Assembly: GCA_963729605.1 (NCBI GenBank)
Contig: CAVSNY010000007.1
Location: forward strand, 864,001-928,000
Length of the DNA: 64,000 nucleotides
Reading direction: 5' to 3'
DNA from: an uncultured Gammaproteobacteria bacterium
Lineage (GTDB): Bacteria; Pseudomonadota; Gammaproteobacteria; DRLM01
In this document: piece after piece, positions 21,300-31,756 of the stretch
Layout of the letters: each line of letters opens with the position of its first letter
How positions within the stretch are numbered: the stretch's first letter is position 1
Translations under genes and position numbers: made by a program
The notes under the pieces: model-generated
What the model was told of the DNA's origin: nothing
Database searches by the model: none
Seen by the model: the letters and a program-made list of their open reading frames with translations, nothing else

Positions 21300-22295
21300 G
21301 TGACTGATGCATCGGCAGATATCACATTTCACTATCCACCGGAGCTGTTCAATCTCCTGGTGGATGTTGTGCCGCTGCTCAATCGCTCAAAGCCGGATGT
21401 GTTGGTGTTCTTCCGGGGGGCAGGTGTACCTGAAAACATGACTTCCGATATTGCCGCCCACTTGAGGACTGCCCCGAAGGATGTCAACAAGTACCAGATG
21501 GTTCGCACGGTGCTTGAGCGCCTCAACGCGAAGGGGGAATCCGCTCTTCGCGAGCGGCGCGAAGTGTTGCGGCGCGTAGTGGACTTTGCGAACTTTGATT
21601 CGTGCTGGCCCGCCGATCAACTCAAGGCTAAGGGCCTTGTCGCCAGTATCCGCGAAGTCGTTAACCAGAAAGACGCTTTCACGCGCATGAATAATGCCCG
21701 CGAAGAAGAACGGCAAGTACGCCTCGCCGAGTCGCAGCGGATCGCCGCGGAAAAGCGCGAGCGAAGTTCCAGGATCGAGAAAGCCAAACAGGGCCTGTAT
21801 GCACTGTTTGGCACTACCGCGACGGCACAGGAGCGCGGGAAAATGCTGGAGACGGCTCTCAATAATCTCTTCCAAGCCTACGGCGTTCTCATCCATAAAG
21901 GCTTTCACTTGGTTGGTGAGGCTGGGGAAGGAATCGTCGAGCAGATTGATGGAGCTATTGAACTCGGCGGTGTTCTGTACTTCGTTGAGATGAAGTGGTA
22001 CCGCAGCCCAGTGGGCAAGCCAGAGATTGCAGAGCATCTTGTACGTCTCATGTCGAGGGCCGAGGTTCGAGGTATCTTCATCTCTGCTAGTGACTACACC
22101 GAACCTGCCATTCACACGGTACGTGAGTTTCTGCAACACAAGGTTCTAGTCCTCTCGACGCTTCAGGAGATCGTCCGTCTGCTTGAGAAACAAGACGACC
22201 TCGCGGAGTTCTTCACAAAGAAAGTCCAGGCGGCACAGATACACAAAAACCCGTACTTCTGCCCTCATGGTAGCCAGGGGCAAGGTGCGTCATGA
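21300..22295 (+). CDS. Mrr-like PD-(D/E)xK restriction endonuclease with a helical N-terminal domain
   Basis: C-terminal RGKMLE..LF..EQIDGAIE..FVEMKW..GIFISASDYT; GTG start after GGAGG. Confidence 0.78.
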   Translation: MTDASADITFHYPPELFNLLVDVVPLLNRSKPDVLVFFRGAGVPENMTSDIAAHLRTAPKDVNKYQMVRTVLERLNAKGESALRERREVLRRVVDFANFDSCWPADQLKAKGLVASIREVVNQKDAFTRMNNAREEERQVRLAESQRIAAEKRERSSRIEKAKQGLYALFGTTATAQERGKMLETALNNLFQAYGVLIHKGFHLVGEAGEGIVEQIDGAIELGGVLYFVEMKWYRSPVGKPEIAEHLVRLMSRAEVRGIFISASDYTEPAIHTVREFLQHKVLVLSTLQEIVRLLEKQDDLAEFFTKKVQAAQIHKNPYFCPHGSQGQGAS

Positions 22296-23380
22296 CGGCG
22301 AATTGGAAGGACATCAATAAGCCGCCGAGCCCAGCGAACGCCGTTACGGCCGCGCAGGTGGCGAACGGTCCCGTTATGCCGCCGCAGCAAAGGCTGCTGA
22401 CCTACTCGCCAGACGAGTGGGAGGGCTTCGTCGAGGAGTGGGCTTATTACTGCCTCTCAACGAAGTACAAACATGTCCAGCGCTTCTCGGGTGCTGGCGA
22501 CATGGGGATCGACGTCGCTGGATTCGTTGACGACAAACGCCTTCAGGGTGTGTGGGAAAACTTCCAGTGCAAGCACTACGGCCATGCCATCAGGCCCAGC
22601 GATGTCTGGGCTGAGTTCGGCAAGGTCATCTGGTACTCGTACAAAGGTGAATACACGGCCCCTCGTCGCTACTACTTCGTTTCGCCGCGCGGTGCTGGCA
22701 CGTCGCTTAGCCGCCTATTTTCGAATGCCACGAAGTTGCGTGAGGAATTGTTTGCGAACTGGGATAAGCATGTGAAAGATGCGATCACTAGCACGCAAGA
22801 AGTGCTGCTCGACGCGGAACTCCGAGCCTATGTGGATGCCTTCAATTTCTCCATCTTCGACGCCAAGACTGCGCTTCAGCTTGTTGACGATCACCGTACC
22901 ACGCCAGCACACACGGCGCGCTTCGGTGGTGGACTGCCAACGCGGCCTGCATCCGAAAAGCCGCCCCAAGAAGTCGCTGCCACCGAGAGTCGCTATGTGA
23001 CGCAGTTATTCGGTGCATACAGCGAGCACACGGGGACAATCGTGACTGATCCCTCGGCCCTGTCCATGCCGAAGCTCAAGGACCATTTCCGCCGCCAGCG
23101 CGAGGCGTTCTATGAGGCCGAGTCGCTGCGCGTCTTCGCGCGCGACAGCGTGCCGCCCGGCACATTCGAGTCCTTGCTGGACGACATTCACGATGGCGTT
23201 ATCGACACACACGATGGGAGTCATGCCGATGGCTACGAAAAGGTCTGCGCCGTCACCAAGGCGGCCCGCGACATGCAGATTACGGCAAACGCCCTCATCA
23301 CTTGTACGAACCCCAAGGATCGGGACGGGATTTGCCATCAACTCGTGAATGAGGAGCGCCTTCGGTGGACCCGATCATGA
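22292..23380 (+). CDS. Lamassu/ABC-3C effector (LmuA-like): N-terminal endonuclease plus C-terminal domain
   Basis: EWEGFVEEW..GAGDMGIDVAG..FQCKHY nuclease motif; C-terminal QREAFYEAESLR..RDGICHQLVNE..W. Confidence 0.8.
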   Translation: MTANWKDINKPPSPANAVTAAQVANGPVMPPQQRLLTYSPDEWEGFVEEWAYYCLSTKYKHVQRFSGAGDMGIDVAGFVDDKRLQGVWENFQCKHYGHAIRPSDVWAEFGKVIWYSYKGEYTAPRRYYFVSPRGAGTSLSRLFSNATKLREELFANWDKHVKDAITSTQEVLLDAELRAYVDAFNFSIFDAKTALQLVDDHRTTPAHTARFGGGLPTRPASEKPPQEVAATESRYVTQLFGAYSEHTGTIVTDPSALSMPKLKDHFRRQREAFYEAESLRVFARDSVPPGTFESLLDDIHDGVIDTHDGSHADGYEKVCAVTKAARDMQITANALITCTNPKDRDGICHQLVNEERLRWTRS

Positions 23381-23871
23381 GCCAAGAACATAAGCCGATC
23401 ACCTTCAATGGCCCACTTGAGGCCGGTATCCGTGCGGTCTCGATTTTGGGCGCCGCCTATCCGCAAACCTACGACCTCCAGCGGCTTGTCGCCCTTGACT
23501 ACCTTCTTGTTCATACAGGCGATATTGACGGCCCAGACAATTTGCACCCACCGACGCCAATGCACTCGGCTGAATTGCTCGTGCGCCGCAAATTGGTCGA
23601 GCAATCGCTGCTTCTGATGATGACCCGCGACCTCGTGGAGCGCGAAGTCACACCCGAAGGAATCAAGTACGGCGCAGGCGAGAATGCTGCGACGTTCCTG
23701 TCGTCAGTATCTTCCAGCTATCTGCTGTCCCTGAAGGATCGCGCTGTATGGCTTGTCGAAACCATTGGTGATCTGACGGACGAACAGTTCAAAGGCATGA
23801 TGCGCCGCTTCTTCGATAAATGGGTCGAGGAGTTCCAGCACGTCGAGCAGAGCCTGGGAGGCGAAACATGA
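23377..23871 (+). CDS. Lamassu/ABC-3C middle component (LmuC-like)
   Basis: FNGPLEAGIR..LQRLVALDYLLVHTGD..LHP; small gene between effector and ATPase with ATGA overlaps on both sides. Confidence 0.8.
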   Translation: MSQEHKPITFNGPLEAGIRAVSILGAAYPQTYDLQRLVALDYLLVHTGDIDGPDNLHPPTPMHSAELLVRRKLVEQSLLLMMTRDLVEREVTPEGIKYGAGENAATFLSSVSSSYLLSLKDRAVWLVETIGDLTDEQFKGMMRRFFDKWVEEFQHVEQSLGGET

Positions 23872-25745
23872 CGGCAGTAACTCCCGGCTTGCGTTTGCGC
23901 TTCCTCGGCTTCTTCGGCCCACAGAAGCCACCCGCAACAGTAACCTTCGGCGCCGGTCTCAACGTCATTTACGGCGCATCGAACACTGGAAAGTCTTTCA
24001 TTGTCGAAGCCATCGACTTCATGCTCGGTGGCAAACCACCCCTGCGCGATATCCCAGAGCGCGTCGGCTACGACCTCGTTCTCCTGGGGCTTGAGACTCT
24101 TGATGGGAAGTTATTCACGCTCTGGCGCAGCATGGACGGCGGTGGCTTTCGGCTTTACGAAGACTTGTACCAGACACCGCCGACGACCGACATCCCGTAC
24201 ACGCAGCTTGACGAAAAGCACAGCGATAGGAACAGCACGAACCTTTCCTCATTCTTGCTGGACCTATGCGGCCTTGGTGGCAAGCGTGTCCGCAAAAACT
24301 CCCGGAACGAAACCATCAGCCTGAGCTTTCGCAACATTGCGCGTTTGATGATCGTCGATGAGACGGAGATCACTCAACAAAGCTCTCCGCTCATTGATGG
24401 CAATCCCACCGCCAATACGCCAAATTTGGCGACATTCAAGTTACTTCTAACCGGGGCGGACGACTCCGCATTGGTCGCCAGTAATAAGAGTGAGCCGGAG
24501 GAGTTGTCGCGCGAGGCGCAATTGCATCTTCTCGATCAGCTTCTTGACGACTATCGCGATCGGCTCAAGGAGTTGACCAAGAGTCCGAAGGAGCTGGAGG
24601 AGCAGCTAGAGAAGATCGACACCTCGCTTCGCCAACAGGCGGCTCAGGTAAACACCACAGAAGCTGAGTTTCAGGAGGCTGCTGGGAAGCGGCGAGAACT
24701 GCGCAAGAAACTGGAGGAAAGCCGAGAGCGACGTGCAGAGGTCGGCGCGATGCTTGAGCGATTCAGGCTGCTCGACAGACACTACGTGTCCGATATTGAA
24801 AGGTTACGTGCCATTGAGGAAGGCGGGACGCTGTTTAGCGTACTGGGCGCCGCGCATTGCCCTCTCTGCGGTGCGGACCCCGCTCATCATCGCGCCGATA
24901 CTGGGTGTAATGGAGACACTGATGCCGTCGTTCAGGCCGCGCGAATGGAGATCGCCAAGATCGAAATTTTGCGCACTGAGCTTGTAGCGACCGTTCAAAG
25001 CCTTGAGCGCGAAGGTGCCAACTTTGATCGCAGGATGCCTACTGTTGTTCGAGAGTTGGAGTCAATCTCTGAGTCGGTTGAAGACTTGATCGCACCTAAG
25101 CTCTCGACCCTTCGCAAGTCCTATTCCGACTTTGCCGACAAGCGAGCTGAGGTACGCGAAGCGCTGGCACTCTACGCCACCGTGCAAGACATGGAGCGCC
25201 GTCGCGCCGATCTTGAGAAGGGCACCGAGGACGAGAAGGCCGGGGCGGTTGCAAACGCAGACCTCTCAACCACTGTGACCCACAGTTTTGCCAAAACTGT
25301 CGAGGGCATACTGACCGGTTGGCACTTCCCAGAGGCTGGGGATGTGTACTTCGATTCCAAGACTCGGGATCTTGTCATTGCTGGAAAGTCGCGTAGTGCT
25401 TTTGGTAAGGGCCTTCGCGCCATCACGCATGCAGCCTTCACCCTCGGACTGCTTGCTTTCTGCCGTGCGCGCCAGACGCCGCATACGGGATTCGTCGTGC
25501 TCGACTCTCCTTTGCTGGCATACCGAGAACCAGACGGAACGGAAGATGACTTGACCGGTACTGACCTTCAAGAGCAGTTCTACGCGTACCTTGAAGCGCT
25601 GCCTAGCGACACACAAGTCATCGTTGTTGAGAACACCGACCCGCCTGCGGCAATCATGAAGCGCGAGCAGTCGCTTATGTTCGGCAAGAACCCGCATCAT
25701 GGCCGGTACGGTTTGTTCCCTTTTACAGCGAACCCTGCGCAATAA
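23868..25745 (+). CDS. Lamassu/ABC-3C SMC/Rad50-like ABC ATPase (LmuB-like)
   Basis: Walker A GASNTGKS, coiled coils, zinc hook CPLCG, signature FGKG, Walker B VVLDSP, VVEN. Confidence 0.85.
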   Translation: MTAVTPGLRLRFLGFFGPQKPPATVTFGAGLNVIYGASNTGKSFIVEAIDFMLGGKPPLRDIPERVGYDLVLLGLETLDGKLFTLWRSMDGGGFRLYEDLYQTPPTTDIPYTQLDEKHSDRNSTNLSSFLLDLCGLGGKRVRKNSRNETISLSFRNIARLMIVDETEITQQSSPLIDGNPTANTPNLATFKLLLTGADDSALVASNKSEPEELSREAQLHLLDQLLDDYRDRLKELTKSPKELEEQLEKIDTSLRQQAAQVNTTEAEFQEAAGKRRELRKKLEESRERRAEVGAMLERFRLLDRHYVSDIERLRAIEEGGTLFSVLGAAHCPLCGADPAHHRADTGCNGDTDAVVQAARMEIAKIEILRTELVATVQSLEREGANFDRRMPTVVRELESISESVEDLIAPKLSTLRKSYSDFADKRAEVREALALYATVQDMERRRADLEKGTEDEKAGAVANADLSTTVTHSFAKTVEGILTGWHFPEAGDVYFDSKTRDLVIAGKSRSAFGKGLRAITHAAFTLGLLAFCRARQTPHTGFVVLDSPLLAYREPDGTEDDLTGTDLQEQFYAYLEALPSDTQVIVVENTDPPAAIMKREQSLMFGKNPHHGRYGLFPFTANPAQ

Positions 25746-25907
25746 ACGAGTATGGAAATGGGAAGACACCAATGGCTTGGTGACGATCCAGCGTTCTTTA
25801 TCGGATAGCACACGACGCAATTCCGTGCGTCTCCACTTCGCGGACCGGGCTGCTCTAGGTTCGCTGTCCGCTTATCCCTGACGGGACTGGCTTCGCCAGC
25901 CTTCCGC

Positions 25908-26150
25908 ATCCCTGACGCCTCCGGCCCTTGAGGGCCTGCGCGCTCCGCTTGCCCATCCGTGCCTTCGTTGGAGGTGGGGATGGGCGGTCTTGCTGTTTCC
26001 CTTCACCGTACCACGGCGTTCTCGCCGTCAAGGGCTGCGCGTGCTCGCACGCTTGCGGCCGTGGCCGTCATGACCCTGTGACAGCTTGCGCTGCGCCGTG
26101 CTGGCGCCGGTTCCGGGCAATTCCGCCCGAGCAACCGGAGCACGATCATG
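25908..26150 (+). repeat. Copy 2 of the ~240-bp repeat, ending in the radC RBS/ATG
   Basis: Near-identical to 26702-26934; ends GGTTCCGGGCAATTCCGCCCGAGCAACCGGAGCACGATCATG. Confidence 0.9.
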
Positions 26151-26654
26151 TCGCAACTCTCTCTCGCTTTCGATTCCTCGCTGCTGGTGCGTGACAGCCA
26201 GGGGCGCTACACGCTGGCCACCGCCGATCAGATCCTGGAGGCGGCCCGCCAGGTCATCGACCAGAAGATCCCGCGCGGTGCGCTGTTCACCTCGCCGACG
26301 CTGGTCAAGGAGTACCTGCGCACCAAGCTGGCCGGCTTCGAGTACGAAGTCTTCGCGGCGCTGTTCCTCGACAGCCAGCATCGGCTGATCGAGTACGTCG
26401 AGTTGTTCCGAGGCACCATCGACTCGGCGGCGGTGTATCCGCGCGAAGTCGTGAAGACGGCGTTGCGGCTCAATGCGGCGGTTGTGATTTTCTCGCACAA
26501 CCATCCAAGCGGGAACCCTGAGCCGAGTCAGGCCGACAGACAGATCACCCAGCGGCTCAAGGAGGCGCTGGCATTGGTGGACGTGCGCGCACTGGATCAC
26601 ATCGTCGTCGGTGGCGAGTCCACAGAGTCCTTCGCCGAACGGGGGCTGTTGTGA
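26148..26654 (+). CDS. radC: RadC-like JAB/MPN domain protein
   Basis: EVFAALFLD, GTID..VYPREVVK, HNHPSG, S..D, LDHIVV. Confidence 0.93.
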   Translation: MSQLSLAFDSSLLVRDSQGRYTLATADQILEAARQVIDQKIPRGALFTSPTLVKEYLRTKLAGFEYEVFAALFLDSQHRLIEYVELFRGTIDSAAVYPREVVKTALRLNAAVVIFSHNHPSGNPEPSQADRQITQRLKEALALVDVRALDHIVVGGESTESFAERGLL

Positions 26655-26701
26655 TCGCGGGGGGCTTCGGCCCCCTTTTTGCTGCGTCCGATGCCGACGA
26701 T

Positions 26702-26934
26702 CTCCGGCCCTGCGGGCCTGCGCGCTGCGCTTGCCTGTCCGTGCCTTCGTTTGGAGGTGGGGATGGGCGGTCTTGCTGTTCCCTTCACCGTATCACGGCG
26801 TTCTCGCCGTCAAGGGCTGCGCGCGCCTTGCGCGCTTGCGGCCGCGGCCGTCCATGACCCTGTGACAGCTTGCGCTGCGCCGTGCTGGCGACGGTTCCGG
26901 GCAATTCCGCCCGAGTAACCGGAGAAAGATCATG
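26702..26934 (+). repeat. Copy 3 of the ~240-bp repeat
   Basis: Near-identical to copy 2; ends AACCGGAGAAAGATCATG at the start of the next gene. Confidence 0.9.
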
Positions 26935-27327
26935 AACGAGAAATCGCATGTTTCGCTGGAACAACACGTCTGCCTTATCTGCGGCGTCGCCTTCGACACT
27001 GGCAGCATCCTGCTGGACAAGCGCCTGCGCGCGAGCATGGAGCGCCATACGGCGACAGGCTGGGGCCTATGCCCTGAACACCAGAAGCTGTCCGATGACG
27101 GCTTTGTCGCGCTGGTCGAATGCGACCCACAGCGCAGCGGCTCGCCGGCCGGCGGTGGTCGCTTGAAGCCGGAGCAGGCTTACCGGACGGGCCGGCTGGC
27201 CCACCTGAAACGCGACGTGTTCGCCGAGGTGTTCAACGTGCCGGTCGCGGCCGACCAGCCTTGCGTGTTCGTCGAGCCTGGCGTGATCGAGCAGTTGCAG
27301 GCGATGGTGTCGCCAGCGACGAACTGA
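26932..27327 (+). CDS. Conserved ICE hypothetical protein (CxxC..C..H, possibly zinc-binding)
   Basis: CLICG, GLCPEH, LVECD; GGAG RBS. Confidence 0.75.
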   Translation: MNEKSHVSLEQHVCLICGVAFDTGSILLDKRLRASMERHTATGWGLCPEHQKLSDDGFVALVECDPQRSGSPAGGGRLKPEQAYRTGRLAHLKRDVFAEVFNVPVAADQPCVFVEPGVIEQLQAMVSPATN

Positions 27328-28065
27328 TCGCGCGGTGCAAGCATCCGGTGCGTCGTCCTGCGGGGCTGCGCACCTTTTTTTCTGCTGCGCCCGGTGTCGA
27401 TGCCTCCGCGCCTGCGGCGCTGCGCGCTGCGCTTGCCCGGTTTGCAGCCGATCCCCGCCGAGCTTCGCTTGGCGCCCCTCAAAGGCAGCCGAACCGGCTG
27501 CGCCGGATCGGCCGGACAGCGGCCACAGCATGACGACGATGCCTAGAGCAGGAGGTTCGAGTTGTTTGGGTGTATGGGCGTCCCCGGCCGGGAAGCATGG
27601 CCGGTCGCGCTGTCGTGCTGCGCATCGAGCCGCCTTCGGCGTCTCGCCCCATGCGGGCTTCCATCGTTCCCTCGCTCCGCTCGGCTGACGCCTTCGGCCC
27701 GGCTCCTCGATCCGGGCCTGCGCGCTTCGCTTGCGTGGGGTCGGCGCCATCTGCGGCCGTTGCCACAACCGCCGTCTTCCCTCGCTCATCACCTCATCCG
27801 CGACTGTAGCCCGCGCCCGTGTGCCGTCAAGGCGCGCCGGGCCGTGTCCTCGCTGCGCTGCGGGCCGCATCAACCCGTCGCTTGTTTCCTTGACGGCCCC
27901 CGTCCGCGCGCTCCTGACCGTCGCGGGCGATGAACTCAGGAAAGACGGTGGCAACGAGGCCGGCCCAGGTCTCCGCGCCGACCCCACCGGAAAGCCGAAA
28001 GGCGGGCTCCGAATCTAGGAATCCGGTGGGGTTTCAACAGCAAACCCTTTGTCAGGAGAAAGACC

Positions 28066-28893
28066 ATGCAACTTGCATCCCGTTTCGCATCCCGATCCCC
28101 GATGCTGCGCGCCAATCATCCGCTGTCGGATGAGCAAATCCAGCGTGTAGCCCCTTCCATCTTCGCGGAAGCCCCGCACGAAAGCCGCTCCGAGCGGTAC
28201 AGCTACATCCCCACCGCCGCCGTGCTGACCGAGTTACGCCGCGAAGGCTTCCAGCCTTTCATGGTCTGCCAGACCCGCGTGCGCGATGAAGGCAAGCGCG
28301 AGCACACCAAGCACATGATCCGGTTGCGCCACGCCAGCCAGATCAACGGCAGTGAAGCCAACGAAATCATCCTGCTGAATTCGCACGACGGAACCAGCAG
28401 CTACCAGATGCTGGCCGGGATGTTCCGTTTCGTGTGCAGCAATGGCCTTGTCTGCGGCGACACCGTGGCGGACGTGCGCGTGCCTCACAAGGGCGACGTG
28501 GCGGGCCATGTCATCGAGGGCGCTTATGAAGTCTTGCACGGCTTCAAGCGTGCGCAGGAATCCCGCGATGCCATGCAGGCCATCACGCTGGACAGCGGCG
28601 AGGCCGAAGTGTTCGCCCGCGCCGCACTCGCCCTCAAGTACGACGACCCGGACAAGCCCGCGCCGATCACGGAAAGCCAAGTGCTGGCCTCGCGCCGCTT
28701 CGACGACCGCCGCCCCGACCTGTGGAGCGTCTTCAACCGCACGCAGGAGAACTTGACGCAAGGCGGACTGATGGGCCGCAGCGCCAACGGACGCCGCCAA
28801 CGCACGCGCCCCGTGCAGGGCATCGACCAGTCCGTGCGTCTGAACCGCGCCCTGTGGCTGCTCGCCGACGGTATGCGCCGGTTGAAAGCCTGA
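28066..28893 (+). CDS. DUF932/DUF945 domain protein
   Basis: APSIFA..HESRSERY, EHTKHMIRLR, LLNSHDGTSSY, FRFVCSNG, DLWSVFNR.QEN. Confidence 0.9.
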   Translation: MQLASRFASRSPMLRANHPLSDEQIQRVAPSIFAEAPHESRSERYSYIPTAAVLTELRREGFQPFMVCQTRVRDEGKREHTKHMIRLRHASQINGSEANEIILLNSHDGTSSYQMLAGMFRFVCSNGLVCGDTVADVRVPHKGDVAGHVIEGAYEVLHGFKRAQESRDAMQAITLDSGEAEVFARAALALKYDDPDKPAPITESQVLASRRFDDRRPDLWSVFNRTQENLTQGGLMGRSANGRRQRTRPVQGIDQSVRLNRALWLLADGMRRLKA

Positions 28894-28966
28894 ACCCCAC
28901 GCGGAGGGGCGGGCAGCCCCTCCATTCATTCCCTTGTTTCACATTCTCTCTTTAGGAGTCATCACC

Positions 28967-30989
28967 ATGAACGCCGTAACCCAAACCGAAACCCACGCCA
29001 TCCACACCGCCGCCGCGCTGGAAGTGGCCGACCCCACCAAGAACCTGATTCTGGTGCCGCTGTCGCAGTTGCTTCCGCGTCGCTCCAAGCGCAACGCGCG
29101 CACGACCCCGCGCCTGTCCATCCCCGAATTGGCCGCGAGCATTTCCCGCATCGGCCTGCTGCAAAACCTGATCGTCATCCTTGCCGCCGATGGCGAGCAG
29201 TACGAAGTGGTGGCCGGTGATCGCCGCCTCACCGCCTTGAAGCTGCTGGCGAAGAAGAAGCGCATTTCCGCCGATTTGAGGTGCCGTGCCTGCTGGTGGC
29301 AGACAGCAGCGCCCGCACCGTGAGCCTCGACCGAAAACCTGCTGCGCGAGCAGATGCACCCCGCCGACCAGTTCGAGGCATTCGCCGCGCTGGTCAAGGA
29401 AGGCCGCCCCATCGAGGACATTGCCGCCGACTTCGGCGTGTCCCCGCTGGTGGTGCAGCGCCGCTTGAAGCTGGCCAACGTCTCGCCGCGCCTGATGGCC
29501 GACTATCGGGCCGGAGCCGTGACGCTGGAACAGTTGATGGCCTTGACCATCACCGACGACCACGCCGCGCAGGAGGCCGCGTTCTACGGTGCGCCGGAAT
29601 GGCAACGCGGCGCATCCGCGCTGCGCGAACGCCTGACCGAACGCGAAATCGACGCCACGCACCCGCTGGTGCGCTTCACCGGGCTGGACGCCTACACGGC
29701 GGCGGGCGGTGGCATCCGCCGCGACCTGTTCGCCGACGACGACAGCGGCACCTTTCTGGTCGATGCCCCGCTGCTGGAAAAACTGGTGCGCGGCAAGCTG
29801 GATGCGCTGGCCGAGGACGTGCGCGCCGAGGGTTGGGCATGGGTGGAAGCCGTGCCGCACCTGAGCTACGCCGAACGGCAGGCGTTCCAGAACGCCCCGC
29901 GTGAGCAACGCGAACCGAACGCCCGCGAAGCCCGCCGCATTGCTTCGCTGCAAGCCCGCCTCGACAAGATCGACGCGGCGCTGGAAGACGCCTACGACGC
30001 CGAGGACGAAGACAAGGCCGAGACGCTGGAACAGCAGCGCGAGCCGGTGGCCGCAGAACTGCAAGTCGTGCAGGACGCCTTGAAAGGCTACGCCCCGGAT
30101 GTGCGCGCCGTGGCCGGTGTCATCGTCACCATCGACCGCGACGGCGAGGCCGTGATTCATCGCGGGCTGCTGCGCGAGGCCGAGGCCAAGGCACTGCGCA
30201 CACTGGAAAAGCTGCGCCAAGGCTTCACCGGAACGGAAGACGCGAACGACGACGAAGGCGAGGATGCCGAGCCGCCCAAGGCCGCGAACCTGTCCGACCG
30301 GCTGGCGCAACGCCTGAGCGCGCACCGCACCGCCGCGCTGCAAATCGAAGTGGCCCGGCATCCGCAGGTGGCGCTGGCCGCACTCGTGCATCGCATGGTG
30401 CAGGCCGTCTTGCAGGAAGATCACTACGGCCACGACTTGCCGCTCGGTGTGCGCCTGACCATGCAGGACAGGCTGGACACCCACGCGCCCGACTGGCCGG
30501 AATCACCCGCCGCCGTGGCGCTGCGCGAGGTGCGGCAGGCATGGGGCGAGCGGCTGCCGCAGGACGGCGCCGAACTGTTTGCCGCGCTGCTGGCGATGGA
30601 GCAAGGCGAACTGGTGCGGCTGCTGGCCGTATGCGTGGCCGCCAGCGTGGATGTGGTAACACCACGCGCCACGCAGCGCCAGCCCGGCGCGGAACTGGCG
30701 CAGGCGGTCGAGCTGGACATGGCCGCATGGTGGAAGCCGACCGCCGAAGGCTACTTCAACCATGTATCCAAGGCCGCGATTCTGGAAGCCGTGCAGCAGT
30801 TCGCGCCGTCGCACGTCACCCGGCTGTCCAAGCTCAAGAAGACCGACATTGCCAGCGAGGCCGAGCGGCTGGCCGAAGGGCACCGGCTGGATGCCCGCCC
30901 TGTTCGCGGCAGAGGGCAGCGCGGCGCAGGAAACCGAGGCCGAGGCCGACACCGAAGCGGCGGAAGCAGCGGAAACACTGGCGGCATGA
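28967..30989 (+). CDS. ParB-like nuclease-domain protein (frameshifts near 29280-29340 and 30880)
   Basis: IGLLQNL..YEVVAGDRRL (ParBc) in 28934..29323, MHPADQFEAF in 29354..30994, C-terminal GTGWMPALF in 30762..30989. Confidence 0.85.
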
Positions 30990-31756
30990 GGTAGCCGCGT
31001 GAAGCATGGCCCCGACGCAGACCGCGCCGGGGCTTTTTCCGAACATCAAAAACCGGGCGCGGCAAGTCTGCCGCGCCCGGTTTCCAACGGCCAAAGCAAA
31101 AACGCCACGTCGCCGCCTTGAACCAGGCGGCGACGTGGCGGCGCACAAGTGCCTTGTGCGCGGTTCGGAATCGGCGCCCGCAAGCGGGCCAGGTATTCAT
31201 GCGCCCCGCCGCGGCGGGCGGGGCGCGGGGCTACGCCTGACTTGGCTGCGCTGGGTTGTGCAAAAGCGTGCCGTCCTCGACGCTGACGGTGGGCTGTCCG
31301 GGCCGTCACGCTGGCCTGTTCATCGACATGCCCCACGGCCTTGCCATGACGCGTCCACACCACGCCTCAAACCGTCAGCCGCTGGATGCGGTGGGCATTC
31401 CCGCCTATTGCTGTGGGCCAGACCTTGCCAGCATCACGGCGCGTACCGGCGACGCCTTCATGCGGAGCGCCGAGCCGGCCATCGCTCCATTCGGGTCAGT
31501 TCGGCCCGTTGCGTCCTTGGTTCGTTGTGAATCCTGGCGGGAGCACGGCTGCGCCTCGGGCTTCATGGCTGCAACCGTCCGGCGCAAACAATTTCCCCTG
31601 CGCTGCGCGCATTCCTCGCGGGACAAATTCTTTGCGCCTCCCGGTCCTCCACGCTGTTGCGGCCGCTGCGCGATGCAGCCAGCCCGTCCCCCGCCGACCG
31701 GATCACAACAAGGACGCGATGGGCGCGACCTTGGCAACCCGAAAGGAGCAAACATC

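Noticed and set aside
25908-26934. Repeats as a CRISPR array or integron attC sites
   Set aside because: Units are ~240 bp and separated by whole genes, with no cas genes, integron integrase or attC cores.
29270-29345. Programmed frameshifting in parB, cusB or traG
   Set aside because: No slippery sequence or stimulatory structure seen, and similar indels hit pgk, so error is the simpler explanation.
31000-31560. Possible gene or remnant between parB and DUF736 (ORFs 31006..31530 and the 5' extension from 31256)
   Set aside because: No recognisable motif or RBS; the DUF736 start at 31757 has a clear RBS.
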